Part shown: in pieces, positions 35,093 to 44,092 of the stretch
Layout of the letters: each line of letters starts with the position of its first letter
Numbering within the stretch: the first letter of the stretch is position 1
IMG/VR virus record: IMGVR_UViG_2778261121_000003
Span: 1-45,596 of that record
Length of the DNA stretch: 45,596 nucleotides
Source: a virus
Lineage: Duplodnaviria > Heunggongvirae > Uroviricota > Caudoviricetes
Reading direction: 5' to 3' (one strand)
Made by a program: the position numbers and the translations under genes
Notes under the pieces: model-generated
The model's database searches: none
Told to the model about the DNA's origin: nothing
The model's input: the letters and a program-made list of their open reading frames with translations, nothing else

Positions 35093-35761
35093 ATGACCAA
35101 GATCTTTGTGGTTGGCGGCACAAAGGGCGGGCCTGGCAAATCCACCGTTGCCCAGCAAATTGCCGTTTGCCTGAAAGTCAAAAAGAAGAAGAAGGTTTAT
35201 ATTACCGATATAGATATTCAGCGCACGACAACGAGCTGGTGTGAAGACCGTCGACAGAACGAAGACCTTGAGCTGATTCCTTTTGCATACGTTCAGGATG
35301 ACATCATTAAGCACCTAAAATCGCTTCAGGGTAGAGCTGAGTATGTAGTGGTAGATGCTGGTGGCTTTGACTCCGAAATTCAGCGACAAGCGATGCTGAT
35401 GGCCGACGTTATCATTATCCCGCTGCGTCCTAAGCGTCGTGATTTGAAATCTCTGCGTGACATCGATCCTATTATCGACAATGTTCGCAATGTAAACGAT
35501 AAAGTGAAGGTACGCGCGGTCATGAACCAGTGCCCGGCTTTGCCATCACAAGTATCTCGCATTCTGGCGGCTAAAGAGATTGTCGAGACGTTTGGCATCG
35601 AGTCTGCGCCTGTCAATCTATATAACCGCAACGTCTACGATGATGCGGAAGAGTCTGGTCGTTCTATCTTTGAAATGACCGGTAGCGAGCGCGACAAAAA
35701 GGCGGAAGCCGAGTTTGAAGAATTTGTAGATTATCTGTTGAGTCTGGAGGAAGAAGAATAA
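35093..35761 (+). CDS. ParA/MinD-family partition ATPase (type Ib, ParF-like size)
   Basis: 222 aa; deviant Walker A VVGGTKGGPGKST. Confidence 0.85.
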   Translation: MTKIFVVGGTKGGPGKSTVAQQIAVCLKVKKKKKVYITDIDIQRTTTSWCEDRRQNEDLELIPFAYVQDDIIKHLKSLQGRAEYVVVDAGGFDSEIQRQAMLMADVIIIPLRPKRRDLKSLRDIDPIIDNVRNVNDKVKVRAVMNQCPALPSQVSRILAAKEIVETFGIESAPVNLYNRNVYDDAEESGRSIFEMTGSERDKKAEAEFEEFVDYLLSLEEEE

Positions 35762-36120
35762 TGTCCATGAAAATGGGTGACCTAGCAAAGCGCAAAGAGC
35801 CTGATGCACCGGCTAAGAACACAACTCCTTTGCGCCAACCAGTCAGACCGCAGGGACGCCCGACTCGTGGCAAAGAGAAAATTAAAAGCCGCACAATGTC
35901 ACTGGAGGACGAATACTTCGAACTGCTTGAGATGATGAAGTTCATCCCTCGCTTCGAGAAGTTCACCCGTTCTGACGTGATTCGCGCAGCCATTTTCCAT
36001 CTGGCAGAGAAGTCACCGCAGGAAATCGAGGACATCGTGAAACTTAACGAGGCGATCACAGCTGCCGACGTTACGATGCGTACCGATGAAATCAAGCGAG
36101 AACTCATGAAAAAAGGCTGA
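35761..36120 (+). CDS. putative ParG-like RHH centromere-binding partner
   Basis: 119 aa; basic disordered N-terminus then a short strand-helix-helix-like C-terminal region; translationally coupled to the ParA gene (ATGTCCATGA overlap). Confidence 0.5.
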   Translation: MSMKMGDLAKRKEPDAPAKNTTPLRQPVRPQGRPTRGKEKIKSRTMSLEDEYFELLEMMKFIPRFEKFTRSDVIRAAIFHLAEKSPQEIEDIVKLNEAITAADVTMRTDEIKRELMKKG

Positions 36121-36150
36121 CAACTACCGGTCTGGCAGCTTCAATCAGAA

Positions 36151-36205
36151 CCTGTTTCTGTATATAAATAATAAGTAACTTATTAAATATATATACGGAA
36201 GCAGG
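36151..36205. repeat. 55-bp AT-core palindrome, copy 2
   Basis: CCTGTTTCTGTATATAAATAATAAGTAACTTATTAAATATATATACGGAAGCAGG; near-identical to 6022-6076, with the TA-repeat count shifted between arms; 30 bp downstream of the ParA/RHH cassette. Confidence 0.8.
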
Positions 36206-36287
36206 TCTTTTAAAAGACACCCACCAGAACAACTCCCTTCCGTTTCCACTTCCAAAAACTGACACCAGTCGCTATCATCCGCTCATT

Positions 36288-36303
36288 GTGATAAGTAAGT
36301 AAC
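36288..36303 (+). promoter_or_regulatory. conserved intergenic motif (GTGATAAGTAAGTAAC)
   Basis: Motif-family member 20 bp upstream of the next gene start. Confidence 0.35.
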
Positions 36304-36322
36304 TACCTACCAGGTGAGCCAC

Positions 36323-37063
36323 ATGAGCCAAATCTTTTTCGACACCATCGACAACGACCAGTACGACTTCATGACAGAGTGGAATACCGCTGTTATGGAT
36401 AAGTGGGTTGCTGAAAACATTGGTTTGTCGCGCTGCAAAGACGAGGCTGAACTTTTCGATACGAAGTGGTTTGATTACCGCGACATGCATCCTCTTATGG
36501 CCACCTGTCTATTTACGGAGGCATACAAACGTCAGTACTCAAATATCATGCTGACGCACGGTCGTGAACACTTTGAAACAGCTCCGTTCACCACCGGGTT
36601 AAAACGCCTGCCTTATCAGGAGTTGTCGACTGCCAATAAAACGTCGCTATGGAAAGCACGCCAGTTTGCTGACCGCTATTGCTGCTCATACGACTACTTT
36701 ATCTCCACCGTGCTTTCCGCAGCTGCACGACGTCTGTGGGACAAGCTGCCTCGCCCACAGCATTTGTGGCAGCCAGAACTGATTGAGATATTTGAAGAGA
36801 AATTAGCCAGACGCGCAACAACCCGTCTGGATGACTCTCTGGTTAGCTTTAAGCATATGGGAGACATGCAGTTCAACCCGATCCAGGAAAGCTATTTTGA
36901 GTGGATTCTGGAGCGTTTACGCACCATCCCCCGCAGCAAGCGCATACGCGCAATTTTCTCCGCTATCTGGCTAATGGAAATCGTTCCAGAGCGCCTTATT
37001 TCCGCCCACTTTCCAGAAGAACTGGAAGAAGCACGGCGGTTTATTGATCCCCTATCTAATTAA
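36323..37063 (+). CDS. hypothetical protein
   Basis: Preferred ATG 36323 with AGGTGAG SD (track start 36314 is GTG); no recognisable motifs. Confidence 0.6.
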   Translation: MSQIFFDTIDNDQYDFMTEWNTAVMDKWVAENIGLSRCKDEAELFDTKWFDYRDMHPLMATCLFTEAYKRQYSNIMLTHGREHFETAPFTTGLKRLPYQELSTANKTSLWKARQFADRYCCSYDYFISTVLSAAARRLWDKLPRPQHLWQPELIEIFEEKLARRATTRLDDSLVSFKHMGDMQFNPIQESYFEWILERLRTIPRSKRIRAIFSAIWLMEIVPERLISAHFPEELEEARRFIDPLSN

Positions 37064-37106
37064 CTAATACTAGAAAACAATTTGTTTAAAAAACAAAGGA
37101 AAGCAC

Positions 37107-38447
37107 ATGACCGAACTTTGCCATACAGGACGCGGGCTGTCCGAAGAGTTTGATGAAGATTTCCAGAACAGATTGACGGCATATTTTTGTCGTGATCACG
37201 AGTTTCTTACTCGTGCGGGAGATCTGGTTGTGCCTAGCCAATTTGCCAATGCGGCCAATGCCATATTGGTTAATATGGTTTCGGGCTATTACCGTATGTA
37301 CAAGAGCGCGCCCTCTTCATCTGCAATTCTGGATATGCTTAAGCGTGCGAAACGCGATAAGACTATCCGTGAGGAACTATTCGCCGATGTTGTTGCTGCG
37401 TTTAAGCGCATCCTTGCAGAAAAATTGTCCGATACCTCGTACATGGTTGACCAGGTATCAACCTTCGCAAAAAGCGTAGCGTTTGATGATGCTCTGATTA
37501 AGGCTGCTGAACTGAAAGAGAAGGGCGACTTTCAGGGGGCGATGGCAATCATGGCCAAGGTTCAGCAGATTGGATCGAACGAAGCGACCGGAATCTATGA
37601 CTACTACACCTCCGCAAGTGAGCGATTGAAAGCGCGTGAATATGAGGCTTCAGAGGAGTATGTGCCAAACAGCATTACAACTGGACTCCCTCTGCTCGAT
37701 AGGTTGCTGTACCAAAAAGGCTGGGCGAAGCGTGAAATGGTGCTCTTCATGGGGTTCGCTAAATCCGGTAAATCGACCGCAATGGGTGAGTTTTCCATAA
37801 ACGCAACGCTTGCTGGCTACAATGTTCTGTATCTCTCGCTGGAGGTTCACACCAACATTTTGTCCGATCGTTTTGATGCAAGATTGTCGGAGACGGAAAT
37901 GTCCAAGCTGGTGGAACGGCGCGATGAAGTTCATCGTAAGTTGGCAGAGTTGGGAGCCACGAAGGGGATTGGTAGTTTGTGGGTTGTTGAGCGTCCGTCA
38001 GGAAGTATGTCACCGGCAGATCTGGACCGTATGCTTAACAGCATGAAAGCCAATGGCATGGTGCCTGACATGGTTGTTGTCGACTACGCAGATTTGATGC
38101 GTGCCAGTTATGACCTTCGTGATGATCGCGCCAATATTCGTAGTATCTACACCGATTTACGTGCTCTTTATGACAAACATAACGTTGCTGGGATCACGGC
38201 ATCGCAGACAAACCGTGAAGGTGGCGCGTCAGAAGTTGCCACAATGATGCACGCTGCCGACAACATCGAAAAAGTACGTATTGCTGACCTGGTAATAACG
38301 ATCAACAAAACCGAAGAAGAAGAAGCGAAAGGAGAGGCTCGTCTCTACTTTGCTGGTTCGCGTAACCAGCAGGGAGGGATCAGCATTCGCGTTAAACAAA
38401 ACCTCGAACAAATGCGCTTCATTGAGCGAATCTTAGACGTTACCTAA
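37107..38447 (+). CDS. DnaB-like replicative DNA helicase
   Basis: 446 aa; Walker A GFAKSGKST and RecA-like C-terminal domain after an N-terminal helical domain. Confidence 0.8.
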   Translation: MTELCHTGRGLSEEFDEDFQNRLTAYFCRDHEFLTRAGDLVVPSQFANAANAILVNMVSGYYRMYKSAPSSSAILDMLKRAKRDKTIREELFADVVAAFKRILAEKLSDTSYMVDQVSTFAKSVAFDDALIKAAELKEKGDFQGAMAIMAKVQQIGSNEATGIYDYYTSASERLKAREYEASEEYVPNSITTGLPLLDRLLYQKGWAKREMVLFMGFAKSGKSTAMGEFSINATLAGYNVLYLSLEVHTNILSDRFDARLSETEMSKLVERRDEVHRKLAELGATKGIGSLWVVERPSGSMSPADLDRMLNSMKANGMVPDMVVVDYADLMRASYDLRDDRANIRSIYTDLRALYDKHNVAGITASQTNREGGASEVATMMHAADNIEKVRIADLVITINKTEEEEAKGEARLYFAGSRNQQGGISIRVKQNLEQMRFIERILDVT

Positions 38448-38529
38448 AAAATAAGCGTGGAGAACACCTCCACGCTTGATTCATTGGTGAAACAACTTTT
38501 CTTTTGCCAAACCACAAAAGAAAAACACA

Positions 38530-39710
38530 TGAGCCTTTATGTTATATCAACATTTAGGTTGGTCACAATATTGCCTGTTAAAAGTGGAATTATCGTGAGC
38601 GAGCTGAAAGAGCTAATTACCGAATTAGATTTTGAACAATGGTTGGACACTGAAGGTATCGTTTATCGACGTGGAGGTGTGAGTACTCGCGGTCGTGAAG
38701 TGAATATCAAGGAGTGTCCGGTATGCGGCAGCTCCAACTGGAAGGTATATTTCAATCTGACCAGTGGCGTCGGTAAATGCTTCGCTGGTGATCATCCCGA
38801 AGAGATTCAGTTCAATAAGCTGGTCTTCCTCAAGCACTACAGCGGCAAATCACGACGACAGTTCGAGGAATATGTGCAGAACGCTCTTCTTTCCCAGGGG
38901 TGGGCACCAAAGAAAGAAGAGATAGTGCTTGCAAGCACAGTCGAGTTAGAGGGACCACTTGCACTCCCTCGTCATTACGAACTTCCTATAGATGGCCGCC
39001 TTCCAGACTATCTGGTTGAACGAAACATATCGCCTGAAATGGCAAAGTATTTTGACCTACGATACTGCGTCGAAGGCAAGCACGCTTATGTTGACCCGTA
39101 TACAGATCAGGTTAAAGGACAGATATTCGATATGCGAATACTGATACCGGTTTACGATCTGGATGGGGTAATGAAGACATTTCAGGGACGAGACATTACC
39201 GGTACAGCTGAACGTCGCTACCTCTTTCCTATGCAGCTTCCAGCTTCAGGTAAGTTTCTCTACAACGGCCATAATGCGGTCGGCAAACAGACTGTAGTTG
39301 TCTGTGAGGGGGCGTTCGATGTTATGGGGGTTAAACGAGCTATTTTTGATGAAGAAACATTACGTGATTACGTGGAACCGATAGGAACGTTCGGGATGCA
39401 TCTATCTGGTAACACCACTCAGGATGCAGAAGATCAGTTAGGCGCGTTCCTGACGCTCAAGGCGCGTGGGTTACGTAATGTGATCATGATGTGGGATAGT
39501 GAAAAGCAAGCTATACGAAACACTATGGCCGCAGCCAGGCGACTGACCAGTATCGGTCTTAATGTCAAAGTTGCGTGTTTGGGTGAGGAAGGCCTCGACC
39601 CGGGCGGTGCAACGCCAGAACAAATTATCAAAGCCTATTATCGGGCAAAACCGTATACCAAACAGTTGGAGTTGCAAAGCAAGGTTTTGGGCATTAAGGC
39701 TCTATCGTAA
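38530..39710 (+). CDS. DNA primase (zinc-ribbon plus TOPRIM)
   Basis: Zinc-finger-like CPVCGSSNW...CFAGDHP and TOPRIM-like VVVCEGAFDVMGV; start uncertain because the track start GTG 38457 lies inside a hairpin (alternatives ATG 38530, GTG 38596). Confidence 0.75.
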
Positions 39711-39722
39711 CAAACGCCGTTA

Positions 39723-39745
39723 AAATAAGTAGATGGTTACTTATC
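39723..39745 (+). promoter_or_regulatory. conserved intergenic motif (AAATAAGTA-n6-TACTTATC inverted repeat)
   Basis: Motif-family member upstream of gene 39786. Confidence 0.35.
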
Positions 39746-39785
39746 TTTCTGTAAGAATACTTTCATCTGTTAGCTAGGAGTTGGT

Positions 39786-40568
39786 ATGAAAGACGAAATT
39801 CAGAAATTAGCCTGCGACATCATTGATAAAACTGGTTTAGAAATCAGCGAGAGCAATCGACTAGACATCATTGAAAAAGCGGTAAAAACAGCAATGGATC
39901 ATATCGCCACTCGTTTGGTTGAGATCCCGCTACCAGGGCTACCTTATCTGAAAGTTGAGTTACACGTATGGGGTGAACCTTCTTGTGTAGGGCGTTCTGC
40001 ATTAGTTGTTTTTATTAGCAAAGAAAACCCGCTCAGTCTTAAAGTGCAGGTTGGTGCATGGATGGATGGCAAAGTGATCTACACAAATACCGTTTTTTGT
40101 GCGCCAAACGACAGTATTATTGAAGAGGCTATTCAGGAATCACTTCTAACTATGCATAGCTTAGTTTTGCTGGAAGACAAGCAAAACTACGAAGAGTACT
40201 TACGGTCGATAAAAGGTGAGAGAACATTGTCACTTAAAGCCGATTTCGTTACCCCGACAAACCTGTTGGAAGTCTTGCTTAATAAAGGGGCTAATGATGC
40301 CGTAAATGTAATCAGAGAGAGTGAGTATGCGTCTCTTTGCGACATGTGCAAAAGCCAGTTGGATCTGGTGCATATCGTTATTGATGCTGGGAAGGCATGT
40401 GATGGCGTAATGGCGGAATTTGCTGGGAAGATGGTCAGGATTGCTAACGAATTACCGATGATAGAGCAAGAGGCTAAATCATACGCCACCAATCATGTCA
40501 CAGAGCTTCTTGTCCCCTATCGATTAGAAAGCAATCAGCGCAAGATGATTAGCTGGGGAAGTTGGTAA
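39786..40568 (+). CDS. hypothetical protein
   Basis: 260-aa ORF with AGGAG SD; no recognisable motifs. Confidence 0.6.
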   Translation: MKDEIQKLACDIIDKTGLEISESNRLDIIEKAVKTAMDHIATRLVEIPLPGLPYLKVELHVWGEPSCVGRSALVVFISKENPLSLKVQVGAWMDGKVIYTNTVFCAPNDSIIEEAIQESLLTMHSLVLLEDKQNYEEYLRSIKGERTLSLKADFVTPTNLLEVLLNKGANDAVNVIRESEYASLCDMCKSQLDLVHIVIDAGKACDGVMAEFAGKMVRIANELPMIEQEAKSYATNHVTELLVPYRLESNQRKMISWGSW

Positions 40569-40599
40569 TCTCTCCGCGCGTCGTTTTTTTACGCAAACA

Positions 40600-40614
40600 A
40601 TGATAGGTAAGTAC
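40600..40614 (+). promoter_or_regulatory. conserved intergenic motif (TGATAGGTAAGTACA)
   Basis: Motif-family member 10 bp upstream of the 40625 ATG. Confidence 0.3.
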
Positions 40615-40624
40615 AAGATTATTT

Positions 40625-41107
40625 ATGGCGATTGTTGTGAAAGCTGATTTGTCAAAAATCCCCTCTATTTCAGGAAATAATGGTTATTCACTTCGTTGTG
40701 AGGAAGTAAAGATAAACGGTGAGTCGGCATATTGCAGCTACTCCGTTTGCCAGCACACCATTCTTGCCTTCAAAGAAAACCGTCTTCCTCGAACTTCATT
40801 CCAGTCGTGCGCAACCGCTATCAAAGCAGGCAAATGCAAGGCGTTAAAAATGATGGTTGAAGAGATTCGTAAAGGAGAATCTCTGTATTTCGAAGATATG
40901 ACCGCGCTCATTAAGGAGGTTGAAGAACGGAATAAACAAGCCAGAACTATAAAACGAAAACGTGACAGCGTAACGATTAATAGCATGGTTAAGAAGAGCG
41001 CCACATCACAAACAGCGATCACTGACGTGTATGCGGCGTTGCTTGAAGAAACAACAAAAGAAACACATGAGCAAATCGATCAACATATGGAGGCAAAACA
41101 ACAATGA
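40625..41107 (+). CDS. hypothetical protein (Cys-rich N-terminal region)
   Basis: 160-aa ORF; several Cys in the first 80 residues; no clear SD; overlaps the ligase start (ATGA). Confidence 0.5.
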   Translation: MAIVVKADLSKIPSISGNNGYSLRCEEVKINGESAYCSYSVCQHTILAFKENRLPRTSFQSCATAIKAGKCKALKMMVEEIRKGESLYFEDMTALIKEVEERNKQARTIKRKRDSVTINSMVKKSATSQTAITDVYAALLEETTKETHEQIDQHMEAKQQ

Positions 41108-42426
41108 AAAAGTTGATCGCACTTAAGCATAAGCTGGACGAAATGAAAGCTATGGGAACCAATGCAAAAAAAGAGGCATTGGCCAACATGGATGACTTCG
41201 AGCAAAGCATGGTTTCATTGATGCTCAACCCTTTCATCCGTTTTGGGGTAAAGAAATACAAAGTGGCAGAGCCGCTTAGTGAGTCCGTCCCAAGTGACGA
41301 AAAAGCCATTGATATACTGAATAAGCTGGCCTCTCGCGAGCTGACGGGGAACGCAGCAATAGTTGCTGTTGAGTCTATCGTGGCGTCAATGTGCGCCGAT
41401 GGGCAGGACGTCTTCCGTCGTTTCCTCTTAAAAGATCCGAAAGCTGGCGTTGGGATTAGCCTATGCAACAAGGTTTTTGAAAATCCCATTCCGAAATTCG
41501 AGGTGCAGCTGGCGTCACCGTATAAAGAAAAAGGCGACAAATACCCCTTCAAGCCAAATCCTAAAGCAAAATGGCCGATGATTGGCAGCCTTAAGCTCGA
41601 TGGTTTGCGAGTAATTTGCGAGGTTATTGTTGACGAAGAAGAGGTTAACTTCCTTTCTCGTACTGGTAATCCAATCACGTCTCTCGATCACCTAAAGCCA
41701 GCCATGCTCGAATTAGGCAAACTTTCAGGCCACAAACACATCTTCTTCGATGGTGAAGGAACAGCCGGTTCATTTAACCAGTCCGTATCTGCATTGCGCA
41801 AAAAGAACGTGCAGGCAATTGGCGCTATTTATCATGTTTTCGACTTCTTCCTACCGGAATGGCGGGCACAGGCTAAATCCAAAGAGTATGCAAAGACAGG
41901 TATGAAGCTGAAAGAGCGCCTGGCTATGCTCGTGGCGTTGTTCAAAAACGATCGCAGTGAAGACTACGCGCAAGACATTCACCTGCATCCGTTCTACATC
42001 ATCCATAGCCACGAAGACTTCATCGAACGCTTCATGAAACGCCTGGACGATAACGAAGAAGGGGAGATGGGCAAAGATCCGAACTCTGTTTACGAGTTTA
42101 AACGTACCCGCAGCTGGTGGAAGTTAAAAGACGAAGATTCAGAAGATGGTGAAATTATCGACTTTGAGCCGGGCGACCCGGACTCTGGTTTTGCCAACAC
42201 GCTTGGAAAAATTGTTATTCGCCTTGAAAACGGTGTGATTGTTCGTGCGAGCGGCATTAAGCATAAATATCTGGACGAGATCTGGAACAACAAAGAGAAG
42301 TACCGTGGTCGTATTGTTGAGGTTCATTGTCACGAGAAAACACCGGATGGCAGCTTACGCCACCCACGACTGAAATGGCCGCGTTGCTTACGCGATACAG
42401 AAGATCGAATCGGAGATAAAGAATGA
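41104..42426 (+). CDS. ATP-dependent DNA ligase
   Basis: 440 aa; adenylation motif I KLDGLR (IGSLKLDGLRVICEV). Confidence 0.85.
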   Translation: MKKLIALKHKLDEMKAMGTNAKKEALANMDDFEQSMVSLMLNPFIRFGVKKYKVAEPLSESVPSDEKAIDILNKLASRELTGNAAIVAVESIVASMCADGQDVFRRFLLKDPKAGVGISLCNKVFENPIPKFEVQLASPYKEKGDKYPFKPNPKAKWPMIGSLKLDGLRVICEVIVDEEEVNFLSRTGNPITSLDHLKPAMLELGKLSGHKHIFFDGEGTAGSFNQSVSALRKKNVQAIGAIYHVFDFFLPEWRAQAKSKEYAKTGMKLKERLAMLVALFKNDRSEDYAQDIHLHPFYIIHSHEDFIERFMKRLDDNEEGEMGKDPNSVYEFKRTRSWWKLKDEDSEDGEIIDFEPGDPDSGFANTLGKIVIRLENGVIVRASGIKHKYLDEIWNNKEKYRGRIVEVHCHEKTPDGSLRHPRLKWPRCLRDTEDRIGDKE

Positions 42427-42602
42427 TGCTCGGCTGGATGATTGCATTTTTAGCGGTTGGTTTTTTACTCGGTATTGTGGTGATGTCCAGTTGCATCAAT
42501 GACTATATTAAAAGCGGTGTTATAGAACGACGCGGTCGTATTTATCGCATTGTAGAAATAACCCACACAGTGAAGGAGATTAAGGATGATCGTATTAAGT
42601 AA
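42423..42602 (+). CDS. small single-pass membrane protein (paralog family member 1)
   Basis: 59-aa ORF not in the track; start overlaps the ligase stop (ATGA); N-terminal TM (WMIAFLAVGFLLGIVVM) then basic tail RGRIYRIVEITHTVKE. Confidence 0.45.
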   Translation: MMLGWMIAFLAVGFLLGIVVMSSCINDYIKSGVIERRGRIYRIVEITHTVKEIKDDRIK

Positions 42603-42801
42603 GCGGGAGAAGGAAACGCTTCATGAAATCAGTAAGTGGCCGGAGTTCCCTGAGTACTGGAAGCCTAAAACGCGGGCTAAGTTAGAGCGTTTAGGGTTGG
42701 TTGCAAACGTTTCTGAAACGTGGTGCTCGGCCAACTACCAGTTAACTGATAAAGGGAAAGTATTGCTACAGCAATTAGTAGAATCAGGAGTGTTAAAATG
42801 A
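42586..42801 (+). CDS. hypothetical small protein
   Basis: 71-aa ORF overlapping its neighbours; no recognisable motifs. Confidence 0.5.
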   Translation: MIVLSKREKETLHEISKWPEFPEYWKPKTRAKLERLGLVANVSETWCSANYQLTDKGKVLLQQLVESGVLK

Positions 42802-42950
42802 TTCCATACATCTCATTAGCTTTTATGGGTGGCTTCCTTATCGGCTTCGGCATCTGTCGTGATTTAATTAAGCAGGAACTTAAAACCAAAACACTGTGCA
42901 TCGGAAAGCGCGTGTATCGGGTAGTTCATGAAACAAAGGTTAGAAAATGA
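42798..42950 (+). CDS. small single-pass membrane protein (paralog family member 2)
   Basis: 50-aa ORF not in the track; AGGAG SD; ATGA overlap with the upstream stop; TM (ISLAFMGGFLIGFGI) then GKRVYRVVHETKVRK, similar to the tail of member 1. Confidence 0.45.
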   Translation: MIPYISLAFMGGFLIGFGICRDLIKQELKTKTLCIGKRVYRVVHETKVRK

Positions 42951-43237
42951 GCAATTTAACTTCTTTGGAATGGTGGTTGGCCACCTATTTCTTAGCGGCC
43001 GGAGTCGCATTCGCCTTTTACGTAGGTCAGTTAGTCGTAAAACTGCTGCTGATTAAATTTGCCAGTCATAAACGTATCGATGATGGTCTGTGGCGTCTTG
43101 GCACCCTGGTGGAAACTCGCTACGGGCAACTTAAGGAGAACGAAACCATTACTATCCAAGCGAAACGGTTCACTGCGACCATCACAAGAACACCTAGTCG
43201 TAGAGTGGGCTTGATCAAAAAAGTCACAACCGAATAA
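42947..43237 (+). CDS. membrane protein (possible third paralog)
   Basis: 96 aa; N-terminal TM (WWLATYFLAAGVAFAFYVGQLVV); ATGA overlap with the upstream ORF. Confidence 0.55.
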   Translation: MSNLTSLEWWLATYFLAAGVAFAFYVGQLVVKLLLIKFASHKRIDDGLWRLGTLVETRYGQLKENETITIQAKRFTATITRTPSRRVGLIKKVTTE

Positions 43238-43245
43238 AAACATAT

Positions 43246-43268
43246 CAATAAGTATTTACTTACTTATC
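43246..43268 (+). promoter_or_regulatory. conserved intergenic motif (CAATAAGTATTTACTTACTTATC)
   Basis: Motif-family member at the start of the long noncoding/tRNA region; candidate promoter for that region. Confidence 0.35.
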
Positions 43269-44012
43269 TTTTGTGTATAAGATGACTTTGTTTTCGTTGA
43301 GACGCGACTGTTTGAACTTAAATACAAGTGCAAACGAAGAAGTCTATCTGGCAGTAGCCTAATAAGCCAAACACCAGCGAGGTCAGTTTCCAGCCTCGTT
43401 ACCGAAATGGGACACACTGAGCGAGTGTGATTGCAGAACGCAGGAGGGAACATGAGTGTTCCCTCCGATGAAGTAACGGAATGGGCGGTCGGTATATTTT
43501 CAACTCCATATGACTCTCGGATTCTTAGCCACTGACCGCCCATCCTGTTACGTCATTTTGTTCAATTATGTCGTTTATACTGGGTTAAAAGCGGCGACGT
43601 AGCCCGGCTGGTATGGTTAGCCAGCACACAACGTTGAGGCCATTACATTTTTATCAATTCTAAGGTTCTATTCACAGAGATACCGGCGAGCGTTGATATG
43701 TAACATGTTGGGCAAACATTCAATCGGAGTAGTGGCCTCAACGTTGTGAAGACAGGATTGTTGTGTAGGTTTAACCACTGTTGCCATTGGTGCCTGTTTT
43801 CACAACAAATGATTCCATACATCATATTGTATAAATTACAAAGTAGGTGCTGTCCTCAGAAACATCATCTACTTAAAGATTTAGCCTTCTATTGAGCGAA
43901 GTCGAAAGCGTCTGGCACTAACGTAAAGTGCAAGTAGCAGTGCGTTTCCTGGCAGAAACTAACACCGCCGCGATTGGCACTGTTGAGTAATAAATACTGG
44001 CTGTGCCGAATT

Positions 44013-44087
44013 GATGGTGTAGCTCAGCGGTAGAGCAGTTGGCTGTTAACCAACTGGTCGGTGGTTCGAATCCACCCACCATCGCCA
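44013..44087 (+). tRNA. tRNA-Asn (anticodon GTT)
   Basis: Manual cloverleaf: acceptor GATGGTG/CACCATC, anticodon stem GTTGG/CCAAC with loop CTGTTAA, T-arm GGTGG-TTCGAAT-CCACC, encoded CCA. Confidence 0.8.
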
Positions 44088-44092
44088 ATTTA

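Noticed and set aside
38457-38529. GTG at 38457 as the primase start
   Set aside because: It lies inside a 10-bp-stem hairpin (AAGCGTGGAG-aacac-CTCCACGCTT) immediately after the helicase stop; downstream ATG 38530 or GTG 38596 are more plausible, though the true start is unresolved.
41019-41678. 219-aa minus-strand ORF overlapping the ligase gene
   Set aside because: Antisense to a gene with a clear KLDGLR ligase motif; no support.
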